Assembly (NCBI GenBank): GCA_009914755.4
Contig: CP068257.2
Location: 8,064,001 to 8,128,000, forward strand
DNA: 64,000 nt
DNA from: the human T2T-CHM13v2.0 reference genome, Homo sapiens
Reading direction: 5' to 3'
The position numbers and the translations under genes are program-made. Of the stretch, positions 1 to 14,000 are shown piece after piece (position 1 is the first letter of the stretch; every line of letters begins with the position of its first letter). The notes under the pieces were generated by a model that worked only from the letters and a program-made list of their open reading frames with translations, ran no database searches and was not told the DNA's origin.

Positions 1-1630
1 TTGATTATATTACTGGAAAAAAATTGAAGCATTGGTATGTTCACAAAAAAAAGTAAAATATAAGGGCAAAACCATGGGAATGCAGGAAGCAGACAAAATA
101 TACCTAAACACTGAAACTGATTTTGCCCTACGGACATGTACCAAAATGAATGAGTACAGATTCCTACTGTCATACATCACATAAGACAGTAAAGAAATAC
201 ATAGTTTTTCCCAAGATAGGGCATCACACAGGAGCTCTTCCCTAAAGCTAGGACCAAAATTTCTATCCTCAGTATAAAGAAGAATCAGAGGTATATTAGT
301 CCCATTTCACATTCCCTGGAAACGGCAAATAAAAATGACTTGAGATTGGACAGATTTAAAGAAACTCAATCATTAATGATTTACAGCAATTAATTTAAAA
401 ATTGTTTAAATGTGCAGTCCAAACATACGTCCAGACACCTTTAGGACAAGAATTAACATAATGTGGTCCTAGAATGGTGGTGCCCTTAGAAGACTCACAA
501 AAAATTCAAATTCTCTTTGGTAAATTTTCTTCCTACTAATCCTCAAAAGTGCACAAAAATAATTTTCAGAGAAAAATAAATATTTGTCATTCAAAGGCAT
601 CTAAGTACGCAAGAAAATGATATTCCACCATTTGAAAAGGAAGTAGAAAAAGAGTACAAACAGATCCACAACGGTTCATTACTAGAAATATCATTGTTAG
701 ATTATAAAGCACATTTGCTGTAGAAAAATTTAAAATAAAATGAATATATTTTTAGGAGACTAAAAAATTGATGCAGTAAATTTTAAAAGCAGTTTGTATA
801 AAAATATAGTATTTTAAATTAAAAACTCAAAAATGAACTCATCAGATTAGAGATGGCCATGGTGAGAGTTCATAAATATTTCAGAATGTATTACAGAAAA
901 TTTAAAAAAATGCAAAATGTGGACAGAATCATGAAGAGACATGGAAGATACAGTGAGAAAGTGTAGCATGTGTTTAGTGAGTGTTCTCATAGAATAAGGC
1001 AACTGGGAAGGGACAATATGTGATGGTATTTTGGCTGAAAGTTCTCTAGACTTTTGTAAGACATTAATCCGCATGTTCAAAAATTCCATGCATCCTAAGC
1101 AAGCTACAATGGAGATAAACCTACACCTACGTATCTCCTAGAGAAATAGTAAACCATCAGGAAGGGAAAAATATTTAAATTAGCACTAGAAAAATCAAAT
1201 TACCTTTAATCATATTGAAATCTGAAAGAATGAAAGGTAAAATAAATAATATTATTTGTTAAGAATAATAATGCCATTCTGAAATTCTCAACCGAAAAAA
1301 ATATTCATCAACCTATGGCTAAATAACTTATTTAGAGACAAGAAACAAAACGCCACCAGCAGAATTCCACTAAAGAAACTAAAGAGAAACCCTGAAAACA
1401 TGCTTCAGAAAGGTTGAAGTTCTGAAATCAAAGAATGAACACAGAGCAAAATATATTGTAAACATACAGATAGATCTAAATAAAAAATTAGGTGTTGAAA
1501 CAAAAAGATATTTAAAATTAGATAGGCACGGAAATAAGTATGTTAGGAAGCAACTTATTAGGGCTGAAGTATTCAAAGACCCCTTAATTGTCTGACAAGA
1601 GCAGAAAGGTGAGTATGACTTTGCAACTCT

Positions 1631-1932
<302 letters not shown>

Positions 1933-2439
1933 ACTTTGGAACTGTAATAAATTCACTGGACATTATGCATTTCTCTGTTGTATCTATGAAAACAATAAAA
2001 ATAAAAGTCATAATTTAAAAACAAGAAGACAGACCCTGATAGGAAAAAATGAGGCATTTTATATATATATATATAACAAATTAATAAAACAAATTTAGTA
2101 TAAATGATCAAAGATTAACTTAAACCTAAGTAGACAATGTTTTTGTTAAAATACAAAGATTGGCAAAATTAAAAAATTCCGTCTCTATCATAGTTACGAG
2201 AGGCAACTAATATATAAATTTTCAGAAGCTTTGAAGTTCAAACAATACAGATAGTGTGTGTATATATGATATACATGCAAACACACTACATGAATATAAT
2301 TTTTTAAAAAGTTGCTATGTAGACAAAATAGAATGTAAGTTAGAAACATTTATTAAAATAAGTTAGTCTAACCAGTGTAATAAAAGTTTTAAGTTATTAA
2401 GAAGATGTGATGACTTAAATGTGCATTAGCCTGATACAT

Positions 2440-2500
2440 ATATACATATATACACACACACCACACACTCTCTCTCACACGCACACACACAAACACGTAT
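2440..2500. repeat. (CA)n/(CT)n-like simple repeat
   Basis: A cacacacaccacacactctctctcacacgcacacacacaaacac run is seen directly. Confidence 0.7.
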
Positions 2501-3107
2501 TTAGAGAGTCAAATTATATAAAGCAAAAATATCAGCAAGTAAGTAGAAATGGATAAGCCCCCAAATTATTATAGACATTTCAAACACACATCCTTCAGTA
2601 ATAAAGAAGAAATTAAAAGAGTAAGTTTTAAAAGAAGCTACTAGATTTTAAAAAGGGCAAATGTTATATAAGGAACATGAATATTATAATTCATGTCATT
2701 TTCGTGTTCATACCGAATACTTACAAAAATTAACATTTTCTAGACCATACCACAAATTCAAACAATTTTCACGGAAATAACGTGACACAATATATTTCCT
2801 AAACAAACAGCAATGAAGGTAAATATCAGTACAATAAAGAAAGCTAGAAACATAAGTCTAATAATATTGGTTGGAAGCTATTTTAATGACTATTTAAATA
2901 TTTTAAAGGTGAATAGTCAATGAACCAAACACTTTTGTAAGGCCACTAAGATGCATGTGTAATGTGTAATGCCTCCTTTTATAAGGAGTCAATCTGTAAC
3001 ATCACCTGGGCTATTTGACAGCTTCAAAGTGAACGTGAGAAGGAGAGAAACAGTGAGAGAGATATATATAAAACCAGTAAAATAAACATAAAGAATGAAG
3101 GAAATAT

Positions 3108-3453
<346 letters not shown>

Positions 3454-6060
3454 TTAAAAATGCAAAAGCTCACTTTTTCAGAAACATATTAAAATATTAA
3501 ATCTAAGAAATATATAGGTAGACTGATGAAGAAAAATACAGAAAATACACAAAAAGAATTACCTGGAATGCAAAGGATACAAAATGTGAGCAGTTGTAGA
3601 TTTTATATAAGCAATGACTTTGAGTTCAACCATGATGGGGTATATTGAAAAGAATCTCTCAGAAAAAAAGGAAAAGAAAACTGTTATAAAGCTATGTACA
3701 AAATGTTAAGCACTATTGAAATCTTCCAAATCTACCAGTTATGGAGTTATTGGTCTTGGACTAACTCTCCTGAAAAGAAAATAAAAAAACAAAACAAAAT
3801 ATAAAAACCTAAAAACCTGGATAAAATAGCCTACCGTGGGCACTGGCAATGCAACCAAGCAGGTAGGACCTGGGTGCTACATTCTCTTTGTCATAACACG
3901 AAGCATTCATACACTCTTCTCACCCTCACTCTCACCTTTTAATCTTAGATCTATTATTAAATGTATTCAACATTACTATCAATCCTTTGGTCAAAATTTA
4001 TTTACTCACATTGTGCTTGATGCACTTGGATAGACTGTTCAAGAAAGTGTGAGTAATGAATTCCTCAAACTCTTGCATATTTAAAATTACATTTTTGAGC
4101 CTTGATGCTTGAAGTGTAGCTTGGGTAACGAGTGGGCTTTAAGCCAATTTTGGCATGCAAGGAGTTGAGTTTATTAGGCATCAGCACCGCTGAAAATCGT
4201 GGGGATGCAGGCTTAATTTCAACACTCTTCTAAATACTTGAAAGATATATAATTCTGTAATAAACTCCTGTGTCTACAAATGGTTCACATTAACTCAATA
4301 TCTATGATTAAACATTTATAAAATCAAGGCACTGTTATTTAGTGGAGACTTGCTGGCTATTCTATGAGAGGAGGTATTGTTATTGTAATCTCATCCTCTC
4401 ATAAATGTGTATCATATTACTCATAACCAGCCCTTCATATTCGATTCCTATTTTGGTATTTTAAAATAAGATATCTTTGAAACACTTGAATTCAAAGAGG
4501 GAATCTGAATAGTTTTTAAAAGGTCAATGAAATGCCGTTTCTTCATGCTTGAACAAATAAAAATGGACTAAAGTGCTTCTCTTCAAACTTTCTGGAACAT
4601 TTTTTATCTAAATTCTAAGAACAATCGCAATAGGTTTTAACCACAAATGTGAGAATATTCTAAATGTTAGGGTGGAAAAAAATTTAAAATTATTTTATAG
4701 TAATTTTTTTCATCATAGTGACAGTGTGCTAAATTTTTTTAAGTCAAATATTACTTTAGACATTTAAGTCAAGATTCTAAGAAGCTGTTTTAAAGTCCAA
4801 AATTTAATTTCATATACAATGATATTATATATATATTTGCATATAAAATTAATATATGTAAGCCATGTTTCAAGTAGTTGAGATATTATTATATCAAAGA
4901 TTCTTGATTATATAAAATGCCAATTACTTATAGGCACACATGCTTTAAATAATTACAAAGGCAGTTGTGGTTGATTCTACTATTGCTATTGGCATTTGTG
5001 TGGACATAATATTATGGTCTGAAGAATAGGCAAATTTATCACTCATATGAGCAGAAGAACAATGCAAGATAGTTTATATCTGAAAGGAAAAAAAATCTTT
5101 ATATGGTTCTGAAAGCATAAATCATTAACAACTTGGATAATAATTAGCATAAAAATACACAAACATGCCCTCTTCCTAGCAGTAAGTACACAGTGACAAC
5201 AGAATCAAAGCATGTGGCTCCTCTTCTCTGCCCTTTCTAGATGGCACAATTCCTCATGAATCTAAGCGCAGTCATAGGATGGATTAGGGTGACCTGCCAT
5301 TTGTATGCAACTGATCTCTATTTTGAAAGTAATTAAAGTAAAAATATATTTTTAAAAGATAATTTCAATTTTCAGTGCAAACTAGCATGGTGTCACCCCT
5401 TTTCTTTGTAACATTTTTTCTAAGGTTGGAAAAGTATGGTAGGCTTTAGTACGATTTTTAATAATAAGTTTTCAAAGTGAGACACAAAATGGTGGTGCCA
5501 ACACATTTCAAGTCTGCTACATTTTGAATACACTTATTGGAGAAAAGACCTTCTCATCATTTTTCTCTTATAGGAAAGGAAATAACATGTACAGTTGACC
5601 CTTAAGCAACACGGAGGCTGGGGTGCTGGCCCCCCTTCACAGTAGAAAATCCACTATAAATTTGACTTCCCCAAAACTTAACTACTAATAGCCTACTGTA
5701 AGCCTTACAAATAACACAAGCAGTCAATTAACACATATTTAATATGTTATATGTCTTATATACTGTATTCTTAACAAACATGCCAGAGAAAAGAAAAAGA
5801 AAATCATAAGGAAAATATATTTACTAGTTATTAAATGGAAGTAAATGATCAAACAGATCTTCATCCTCATCCTTTTCATGGGCAGGGTGTGGAGAAGGAT
5901 ATAGAATTGTTGGTTTTGCTAAGTGGACCTGCACAGTTCAAACCACTGTGGTGCAAAGGCCAACTGTATAGCCATTGAATAGCAATTTATTTTTAGAAAT
6001 TAACCTCACTAAAATACTCTTAGAAGGATGCCAAGAAAAAAATGAATAAGTATGTTTGGT

Positions 6061-7166
6061 TCATCTATTTCATCATTTCATTTCATTTCATCATTTCATT
6101 TCCTCATTTCATCATTTCATTTCATTTCATCCTTTCATTTCATCATTTCATCTAATCATTTCACCTCATCATTTCATTTCATCATTTCATCTCAACATTT
6201 CATTTCATTTCATCATTTCACTTCATCTCATCATTTCATTATTTCATCTCATCATTTCATTTCATCTCATCATTTCATTTCACCTTTTCATCTCGTCATT
6301 TCATTTCATTTCATCTTTTCATCTCATTTCAATTCATTATTTCATTTCATCAATTCATCATTTCATTTCATTTATTTCATCATTTCATCGTTTAGTTTCA
6401 TCATTTCATCATTTCATCATTTGACTTCATTTCATCATTTCTTTTCATCATTTCATATCATTTCATCATTTCATCTTTTCATTTCATTTCATCATTTCAC
6501 TTCATCATTTCATCATTTGATTTCCTCATTTCCTCATTTCATTTCATCATTTCATTTCATTTCATCCTTTAATCATTTCATCTCATCATTTCATCCTTTC
6601 TTTTCATCATTTCATCTCATCAATGCGTTTTATCATTTCCTTATTTCATTTCATTTCATCATTTCACATCATCTCATCATTTCATCATTTCATCTCATGA
6701 TTTCATTTCATCACATCATTTCATTTCATCTCATTTCATTTCATCTTTTCATCTCGTTTCATTTCATATCATCAATTCATCATTTCATCATTTCATTTCA
6801 TTATTTCATCATATAATCATTTAACTTCATTTCATCATTTCATTTCATCATTTCATATCATTTCATTTCATCATTTGATCTTTTCATTTCATCATTTAAT
6901 TTCATTTCATCATTTCACTTCATCATTTCATTTCTTCATTTCATTTCATTTCCTCATTTCATTTCACCATTGCATTTCATCATTTCCTCATTTCATTTCA
7001 TCATTCCATTTCATCTTTTCATTTCATCACTTCATCATTTCATTTCATCTCATCATTTCATCCTTTCACTTCATTATTTCATTTCATCATTTCATCTCAT
7101 CATTTCATTTCATCATTTCATTTCATTCCATCATTTCATTTCATTTCATCATTTCATTTCATTTCA
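6061..7166. repeat. About 1.1 kb degenerate (CATTT)n / CATCATTT-type pentamer-derived satellite block
   Basis: Seen in sequence. CATTTCATTTCATCATTTCAT units run continuously. The ORF track shows periodic SFHF/ISSFH peptides, which is a repeat artefact. The C-rich strand is on +, like the downstream HSat3. Confidence 0.85.
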
Positions 7167-8043
7167 GTGATTCATGTATTTAAGTGCTAATTTGATGCCC
7201 AGGAGACACCCTATTTCCCTTTGTAAAACACCTCCTTCAACAAAAGGCAACTTTTCATGGCTGGCTAAGTCTACAGGGATACCAGGCTCTCTTCAACCAC
7301 CCAGTTTGATTTGGAACCTCAAACAGCACCTCAGTTTCATAAAAACCTAAAACATAAACACAACACTTGGTTGTAAGTGAGACAACAGTTTCTTGTCTCT
7401 TTCTCTGCTCAAGGCTTAAGGCCATGTCTCCCCAACTACGTTCAGTGGAAGAAAAGATCCCCTGGACAAATAAGTTTGAGAACTGTTGTTGCAGGACTTC
7501 TCAGAACCTTTAAAACACAAATCCTCATCCGCAGGGATCTTCAGGAGGGAGATGGCTAATGCAGCACAATTTTCTTTCACAGGATCATCCTGCAGAATAC
7601 AGTATGGGATACAGAAAGGCTGCATTGAGTGTTTTTAAGGGCCAGGGCCTTGGTGGGGGTGGGGTAGGAGCTCTCCAGATAGCATCTAATGAGTAGGAAC
7701 ATTCAGGTGGCTTTTTTTTTCCTTATTGGCAAAACTGTGTGTGAACCATGAATGAAGCTGGTCTCCCTTATCCATATCAAAACTAAACCCGAATTAATTG
7801 GCTAAATTGGGACACAACACCTCCAGGAGCCACGCGGAGGAAAGCGCCACCACACTTTAAAGTAGCTTACCTCATCATATTTGAGGAAAGCAAAACGCTT
7901 ATGACCAGTATGCTGCTAATACAAGTCTACAGATAATGCTGTAGGAAAAATTATTTTTCCCAATCATAGCTGGCATAGTCCACATTTTGCATTACACTTT
8001 CCCCCCCTTTTTTAAATTTTAAACACAGGTCTTTCTCTCTTCT

Positions 8044-8186
8044 TTTTTTAAATTTTAATTTAATTATACAAGACGGAGTCTCAGTATCTTGCCCAGGCTG
8101 GTCTTGAACTCCTGATCTCAAGTGATACATCCATCTCTGCCTCCCAAAGTGCTGAGATTACAGGCCTGAGACACTGTGCCTGGTCT
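8044..8186 (-). mobile_element. Partial Alu (left-monomer/FLAM-like fragment), minus orientation
   Basis: GACGGAGTCTCAGTATCTTGCCCAGGCTGGTCTTGAACTCCTGATCTCAAGTGATACATCCATCTCTGCCTCCCAAAGTGCTGAGATTACAGGCCTGAGACACTGTGCCTGG matches the reverse complement of the Alu left arm. The right arm is absent. Confidence 0.7.
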
Positions 8187-8866
8187 TAAATACAAATCTT
8201 ACTTCATTCCTACAATTATCCTGAGGTTAGAAAAATGGAAGGGGAAGAAAAATGGCAAGCAGGTAGGCTGACTTCGGCTTCATTACTTGGAAGGACAGTT
8301 TGCTCGGTTAAAACACACTACTGCCCACAAAGGCCAAGACAACAGAAAAATACAGGCATATAAATAGATTTTATATGTGACAGCAGTTTGAATGGAGACT
8401 TTTTCAATGCAAACGACAAACAGCTGTGCTTGGGAATGAATGACAATGATTTTTTTTATCTCAACAGCTGTCCTGAGAGCATGTCTCTACATCTCTACCT
8501 GCATTCTGGAATCAGGGAGAAAGTCAAAACGGACAACAAGACACTAGATCAGCCGTGTCCAACCCTTTGACTACAAGGACTTTTCCGCCTATCTGTGGTG
8601 GTGGGTATCATGAAAATTATGCACAAACCTTTTTCTTTTTTTTTAAGCTCATCCGCTGTTGTTAGCATTAGTGTATTTTATGTGTGGCCCAGGAACATTC
8701 TTCTTCCAATGTGGCCCTGAGAAGCAGAAAGACTGGACACCTGTGCACTAGATCAAAAGTCTACTCCTTCTGGAAGCAATTGTAAAGAATTTCTGACATT
8801 ATCTTGACATGAAAACCAATGGATAGTGGGAAAGAATGCAAAATCTTCAAGAATTTTTCTTGTTGG

Positions 8867-9137
8867 TTTTTTTTTTTTTTTTTTTTTTTTGAGTCAAGGT
8901 ATTGCTCTGTGGTCCAGGCTGGAGTACACTGGTGAAATCACAGTTCAGTGCAGGCTCGAGTGCTCCTCCTGCCTCAGACACAGTAGCAGCTGGGATTACA
9001 GATGCACGCAACCACCCCTGGCTAATATTTTATTTTTTGTAGAGACGGGGTCTCACTATATTGTCCAGGTTCGTCTCAAACAACTTGACTCAAAGGATCC
9101 AGGACAGGATAACAGGTGTGAGCCACCACACCTGGCC
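8867..9137 (-). mobile_element. Alu SINE (older, diverged), minus orientation
   Basis: A poly-T(24) leader is followed by the reverse-complement Alu body (…CCAGGCTGGAGTACACTGGTG…CTGGGATTACAGATGCACGCAACCACCCCTGGCTAATATTTTATTTTTTGTAGAGACGGGGTCTCACTATATTGTCCAGG…GTGTGAGCCACCACACCTGGCC). Many substitutions suggest an older subfamily. Confidence 0.85.
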
Positions 9138-9539
9138 ATGTGCATGAACTTTTAAGACAAACACAAGACCCCACAAAAGTTAAGGTTTTCCCACCTAATT
9201 TTCAGGAGATCTTTTGGTGCAAGCATAAGAAGCCCTTAAAAGTACACAGACAACTCCAAAGATTCAAGACAGTTCATTCGGGCTGAGCCAGCCCACTGGG
9301 CAGACTGACCTTCAAGAAAGACCCACCCATGACATACACCAGATGGCTCTCCAAGAATCTCTCCAGGCCTCAGGGTCCCTAAAGTACTGGACAGAGCTAG
9401 GAAAGCAAACCCATTTGCTTCTTCCTGCAGGAAACCCCTTGAGGTCAAGACCCCACAATCAGACGAGGATGGAGTGGCTCACCCTCAGTTACTGGCAAGT
9501 CAGTTCTCCCTCAGGCCTTCGGTTTCCTCACCTACAAGA

Positions 9540-9775
9540 TGAAAGGGCTGGACCCGGTGGCATCACCCCCGCCACCACCCTCCTTCTTTTCTCCCATCGC
9601 TGCCGCGCGCAAGGCCGCTCTATGCAAGCCTCAGTGGCCCAGGCAGGGGGCTCAGGCGCCTAGGCAAGGAACGCCTGCGCCTGGAGAGCTGGACCAGGAG
9701 ATCCCCTCGGCGGTGACCCTGCCAGGACGCCCGTAGAGCTGGGAGCCGAGTCTGCCGCTCCCGCCCTCAGAGCCG
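9540..9775. promoter_or_regulatory. CpG-rich unique segment (candidate CpG island) immediately upstream of a GC-rich minisatellite
   Basis: Seen in sequence. The segment has very high G+C and many CpG dinucleotides (CCGCGCGCAAGGCCGCTC, CGGCGGTGACCC, GCCGCTCCCGCCCTCAGAGCCGCGGCGGTGGGCGCAG). This is atypical against the flanking AT-rich context. No exon, TATA box or initiator could be called by eye. Confidence 0.35.
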
Positions 9776-10370
9776 CGGCGGTGGGCGCAGAAAGCCGCAG
9801 CGGCGGGGGCAAAAAGACGCAGCGGCCGGGGAAAAAGTCGCAGCGGCGGGAGCAAAAAGCCGCGGCGGCGGGGGCAAAAAGCCACGGCGGCGGGGGCAAA
9901 AAGCCCTGGCTGCAAAAAGCGGCGGTGGCGGGGGCAGAAAGCTGCGGTGGCGGGGACAAAAAGCCTAGGCGGCAGGGACAAAAAGACGCGGCGGGAAAAA
10001 GGTGCAGCGGCGGGGCAAAAAGCCGCGGTGGCAGAAAGCGGCTGAGGCGGGGGGCAAAAAGACGCAAAAGCCGCGGCGGCGCGGGCAAAAAGCCTCGGTG
10101 GCGGGGGCAAAAAGCCGCGGCTGGGGGAAAAAACCCGCAGCGGCGGGGGCAAAAAGCAGCAGAGGTGGGGGTAAAAAGGAGCGTCGGCAAAAGCCGTGGC
10201 GGCAGGGGCAAAAAGCCGCCGCGGAGGGGACAAAAGGCCGCGATGGCAGGGGGCAAAAAGCCGCGGTAGGAGAAAGCTGCATCAGCGGAGGCAAAAAGCC
10301 GTGGTGGGAGAAAGCCGCGGCGGCGGGGGCAGAAAGCCTCGGCGGCGGGGGCAAAATAGTGGAAATGGGG
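9775..10370. repeat. GC-rich minisatellite/VNTR, about 27 copies of a 22-23 bp unit (GGCGGGGGCAAAAAGCCGCGGC)
   Basis: Seen in sequence. The unit GCAAAAAGCCGCGGCGGCGGGG recurs with point variants. ORFs 9781-10269(+), 9652-10256(-) and 10002-10373(+) are periodic K/R/G-rich or P/A-rich peptides, which shows repeat translation. Confidence 0.9.
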
Positions 10371-13300
10371 TAGAAGGCGGCACAGCTTGGCATTGCTGGA
10401 GTGTGATGTGATAGGAAAAGTGCAGTCGAAGACAAAAAAAGATGTAAGTAGGCTTAACTCAGTGGAGCTAAGAACCCAGATGTTATCTTGAGGGTATTAA
10501 CTAATAAGCAGTTTAAATCAGAATGGCACATTCTGATTTGTTTTTTGTATGTTCATATTTGGCAGGCAAAGATACTGTTTGAAGAGAGGAAACTCAGTAG
10601 ATAGAGGTAACAAACTTAAATATGTGCCAAGTCTAGAAACAAGAGACTAGGGAGATAAGGACCTTTCAAAATAAAATGCAAGATTTGAAAACTGATTGGC
10701 TGGGGGATGAGGAAAAGGCAGGTCTTTAAGGTCAATCCCTGTTTTGCTTTAAGTTGTTAGGGGGTGGTTTTATCACATATTGTAGAATGTGTCATTTCAG
10801 TTTTGAACATCTTGAGTTAAACTGTCCTAACATATCTTATGAATTTGATTTTATTCACTGGGAAGCTAATATTTCAAAAACTGAAAGAGTATAGATTTCC
10901 AGCTTGTGTCCCATTTATAAAATTATCTCTAGGCTACTGGTTTCAGGAGGAGGCTCATGAATATTCTATTTGCAGAGAATATATCAGGAGTTAACAACAG
11001 CATCAATATTTGTGGACGACCAGTTAACTAAACCACCTCTTAGTGTATTTAGATGGGAAATCTTAGCTGAAGATATTCAATAATGAACCAACAGTGACTA
11101 AAAAATTCAATATTTAAGTATATTTCATTGTAATTAATTTGAAATTAAGTAGCCATATACAGCTAGTATTTACTACATTGAGCAATGCAAATAAGAGGAC
11201 AAAATTAATAACCATCTCTAATGCCACATGCCAAAATCCTCATCAATTTATTCTAGCTAAAGGAGTTTATCAGAAGCAGCAATTGAAAGCACCAACTAAA
11301 CCAGCTGGGGTTAATTCACTGTCATTCTCTCAGAACCATCTCTTCTCTGAACAAAACACGTAGAAGAGTTAATTGTGAATCTCCATTTTCCTTGCCTATT
11401 TTAAGGTTTTGATGTTGACACTAATTTGTGAAATCCCTCCTGTGGTGTGATATTTCGTTTTCATTGCTTTTTGTTAGGACAAGAATGCTTCAGCTCTTAA
11501 TTTAAAATTATGTTTCTCCCTCCTAGGTTGAATGAACTTAGAATGCATTCTCTGACATATCTAAGTTTTTGTTAATATGAATTTGGGGGGAAAAGCATAC
11601 TAAATTAGCTGAGACTTCTTATTCTAGGCTTGACCCTGTGTTCGACATCTTTTGAATTTGTAGTTGCATAGGATGCTCTCTGACACTGGTTAGTGACCTG
11701 GAAGCTATATTAACGTTAGGGGAGGTGGTGTATGAGCATTAGGGGTATCCTTGCAAGGAAAGACTTGTCTTATCTCAATACGTCTTTTTTTACACACAAG
11801 AAAGTCAATGTTTGAGTCTTCTAAAATCTTCCTATTTCCAAGTTGCAGAGTACCATCGATTCCTAAACAAAGACCTAATTTTTGACTCAGAGACGTGGCA
11901 AGGTAGTGAATCACCATTATAATTTAACAAACTTCAAGATAAAATTATCTCTCTGATATTTAGATTTTGCCCAATAATGAAGATATTTGGGTGTTTCGTT
12001 AAGAATGGAAAACTCTAGTCTCTTGAGCAGAGACTCTAAAGGCCTCAGATGATCATTTATAATTTTATGCTCTTTTCTTTAACACCTTCAACAGAGTTGG
12101 AAGCAGCCAATATTCCCCAGATTTGTTGTGTTTTTTAAACCAAATGCATGGTTCAGTGGTAGAAAACTGGGCTGATCCAAGCTGTTTTCAGTAAACACTT
12201 CATTTCAGGTGACCTATTTCATATTAAATAATCTCTAGATCCTGTCTTCCAAACTAACTAGATCAGATAACCTACCCTAGATTTTCCCCTTTTAGGGTCT
12301 GTTAGCTGCAGTCACTTTTGTGAAAATGATTACAATGAAAAGATAGAGTTGTAGATGGGGAAAATGTTTTGACTAATTTAAGCATAGTAGTATTTAATAT
12401 GAGAAGTTAAGTTATGCACGTTTGAAAATTATAATGGAGTCTCTTGGCTGAGCTTTAGAAAAAATAGCATTTAGGCTAAACATGGAACTGCTACCTCTCC
12501 TAAAATCAGAAAGATGTTACAGTAATTCTCCATTCTCTAGAATTATCAGGAAGAACCTTTGTGATGATTTACTTTTGTTCTTGGGAGTGTGAGCCCATGT
12601 AGTCGTGGAACCATCAATTAGAATGATGGCTTTCTGATCCCAAAGTCATTCGTTCGGAAAACAATATTTTTCATAAATTTGAAAGTGAGAAGGTTTGATC
12701 TTGCCATTCCCAAGTAACTCTCTTAATAAGAGGCATCAGCCTGCTTCAGTGGCAGCTGTCACCTTCCAGTGCTGAGAGTCATCTTTGAGTTCTCCATTTC
12801 ACTCCCTACACTCCAATTTAGCTGCAGTTCTCTTGGCCAGTCCTATGAAATACATCCATGGCCTAACGACTTCTCACCACTAATACCACTCATACTCACA
12901 GCATTCTCACCTAAGTCACTACCTTTTTTCTCTGGATTACAATAGCCTCCCAATTTATTTGCTCACATAACCTACTTATTCTACACGGTGCACCAGATAC
13001 ACCCCATTGAAATGCAAACACAATCATGTTATTCTCTGGTGAAAGTATCTCATATATTCCTATCGCATTTAAAATTAATTCAGAATCATCCTATGATTAT
13101 CAAAACCCTACATGCTCTTCCAAAACATGGTTTACTTCCAAGATATCACTTCAACTTTTTTTTCACTGTACTGAATTGGTGACTAATAGTCATATTTTTG
13201 TTTTTGCTCAAAAAGTCTTGACTTGTAAATTTTTCAGTTTCTCCTTTATCCACAGGTAACTCTTTCCTCATAAGGTGAATTGCTTGCTTCCTTGAGATCT

Positions 13301-13859
13301 GCTCTCAAAGATACCCTTCATTTTCTACCTAATATTAATAACTTTAATCATTCATTATTCCATTACTATGCTCTATAGTGTATACCATTTCTGTTCTTTG
13401 TCATGTTATTAACTAAATTATTTATTTGTTCCAGTAACGTGTTCCATAAATATTGTACACATAAAAATTATGTTATTTTCAATGCTGTATGCTCAGCTGC
13501 CCAATAACAGTCTGAGGATTAACATATTTGTTAAATGCACAAATACATTCTTTCACAAATATTAGTTTAATAATTTTATATTAAACTCCCTCTATGCTTA
13601 CAATATGAATTAGATAATTCAGAATAAACATTCCATTGGAAAAAACTAAACAATTTGTTATAAAACATCCTTAAAAGCATCAGAAAGTTAATACAGCAAC
13701 GAAGAATTACAGGACCAAATTAAGAATGGTATGGAAGCCTGTTTGTGGGGCTTATGTTTGGGTTATCTCTTTACTTTGAGTGACTATAAATCTCAAAAGA
13801 GAACTGAAGGGATAAATAACCATACGTACTAACATGGTAAGGGTATTTAAACATCTCTT

Positions 13860-14000
13860 AGTAATTGAGAAAATTGAAAGAAAAGAAAAAAGAGAAAGGG
13901 AGAAAGAGAAACAGAGCAAAAGGGATAATGAAGGAGAGAAATAAGAGAAAGGAAGAGGATGAAAAGTAAAAAGGAGGAGGAGGGGGAGGGAGGAAGAAAG
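13860..14000. repeat. Purine-rich (GAAA/GGAA/GAGG)n simple repeat
   Basis: The run gaaaagaaaaaagagaaagggagaaagagaaacagag…ggaggaggagggggagggaggaagaaagaaatg is seen directly. Confidence 0.75.

Noticed and set aside
6052-7183. A 254 aa ORF plus overlapping ORFs with SFHFISS repeats
   Set aside because: This is translation of the (CATTT)n-like satellite.
9652-10435. Overlapping 120-200 aa ORFs encoding K/R/G-rich (+) or P/A/R-rich (-) proteins that superficially resemble nucleic-acid-binding low-complexity proteins
   Set aside because: They map exactly onto the 22-23 bp GC-rich minisatellite. The periodicity of the peptide equals the repeat period. They are translation artefacts.
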